This document shows, piece after piece, positions 63,561-64,000 of a stretch of DNA of 64,000 nucleotides. Within the stretch, counting starts at the first letter, position 1. The number at the start of each line of letters is the position of its first letter. Position numbers and translations under genes: made by a program. A model generated the notes under the pieces. It was given only the letters and a program-made list of their open reading frames with translations, had not been told where the DNA came from and searched no databases. Origin of the DNA: Antedon mediterranea (lineage: Eukaryota; Animalia; Echinodermata); contig NC_092670.1 of NCBI RefSeq assembly GCF_964355755.1, positions 31,050,388 through 31,114,387 of the forward strand. Reading direction: 5' to 3'.

Positions 63561-64000
63561 TGTTGACAATTTATTTTTAAACACTCAAACGATTAACATT
63601 GTTAGAAGAAATTACATTAGTGTTTGTAAAACTAATTCGTTATAACAAACATGTAATGTAAGGAAATATTTTTTAATTTACGATAAAGTTATACAATATG
63701 GTCAAAATATATTATTCTACTTGTGATGTTCAAAATGATGACTAGGTTTATTCAAAGTTTAACGCTATTATTATCAATCGCCTTGCCATAGCGTCGGGCG
63801 TAGTTTTTAGGTCGTCCTAAGAGCATTAAACATGTTTAATTTTCTCCCGACAAGACGACTCAGTCTGACATACGATTTAGATTCAAGATTGTATGTATTG
63901 TTTTAAGGTCCTAGATAGATAGATGGATATAGATCTAAAAAGACTAATCTATATTCACGTCACTGTAATGCGTTCTATACGAATAAATAAATAAATTTAA

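Overview
This is AT-rich animal genomic DNA with GT-AG introns, not prokaryotic sequence. A Deu-domain SINE and the transposon set suggest a marine invertebrate deuterostome such as an echinoderm (inference). Three host loci can be built by hand. (1) The 3' part of an intact multi-exon NRF-6/OACYL-like membrane acyltransferase gene (+, to 13063). (2) An apparently intact 7-exon gene (-, 56940-60126; 960 nt CDS, 319 aa) encoding a secreted protein with a PAN/apple-like domain plus a Trp/Cys-containing C-terminal domain I cannot name. (3) A disabled paralog of that gene with matching exon structure (-, 17615 to about 32429). The rest is mobile DNA: a five-level nest of DNA transposons plus a LINE fragment and an 866-bp tandem duplication in one acyltransferase intron, a full-length Tx1/L1-clade LINE with a 10-bp TSD, other Tx1, CR1, L2/Rex and RTE fragments, two Helitrons each inside a Tx1 LINE, Helentron-type HINEs, Academ-, MULE-, Harbinger- and CMC-like elements, a chimeric 5S rRNA + tRNA + Deu-domain SINE, and minisatellites. 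I see no CRISPR array or operon, and cannot claim a new biological system. The best leads are the PAN + unnamed-domain gene pair, the chimeric SINE and the nested intron. All coordinates were read by eye and superfamily names rest on termini/TSD rules, not database searches.
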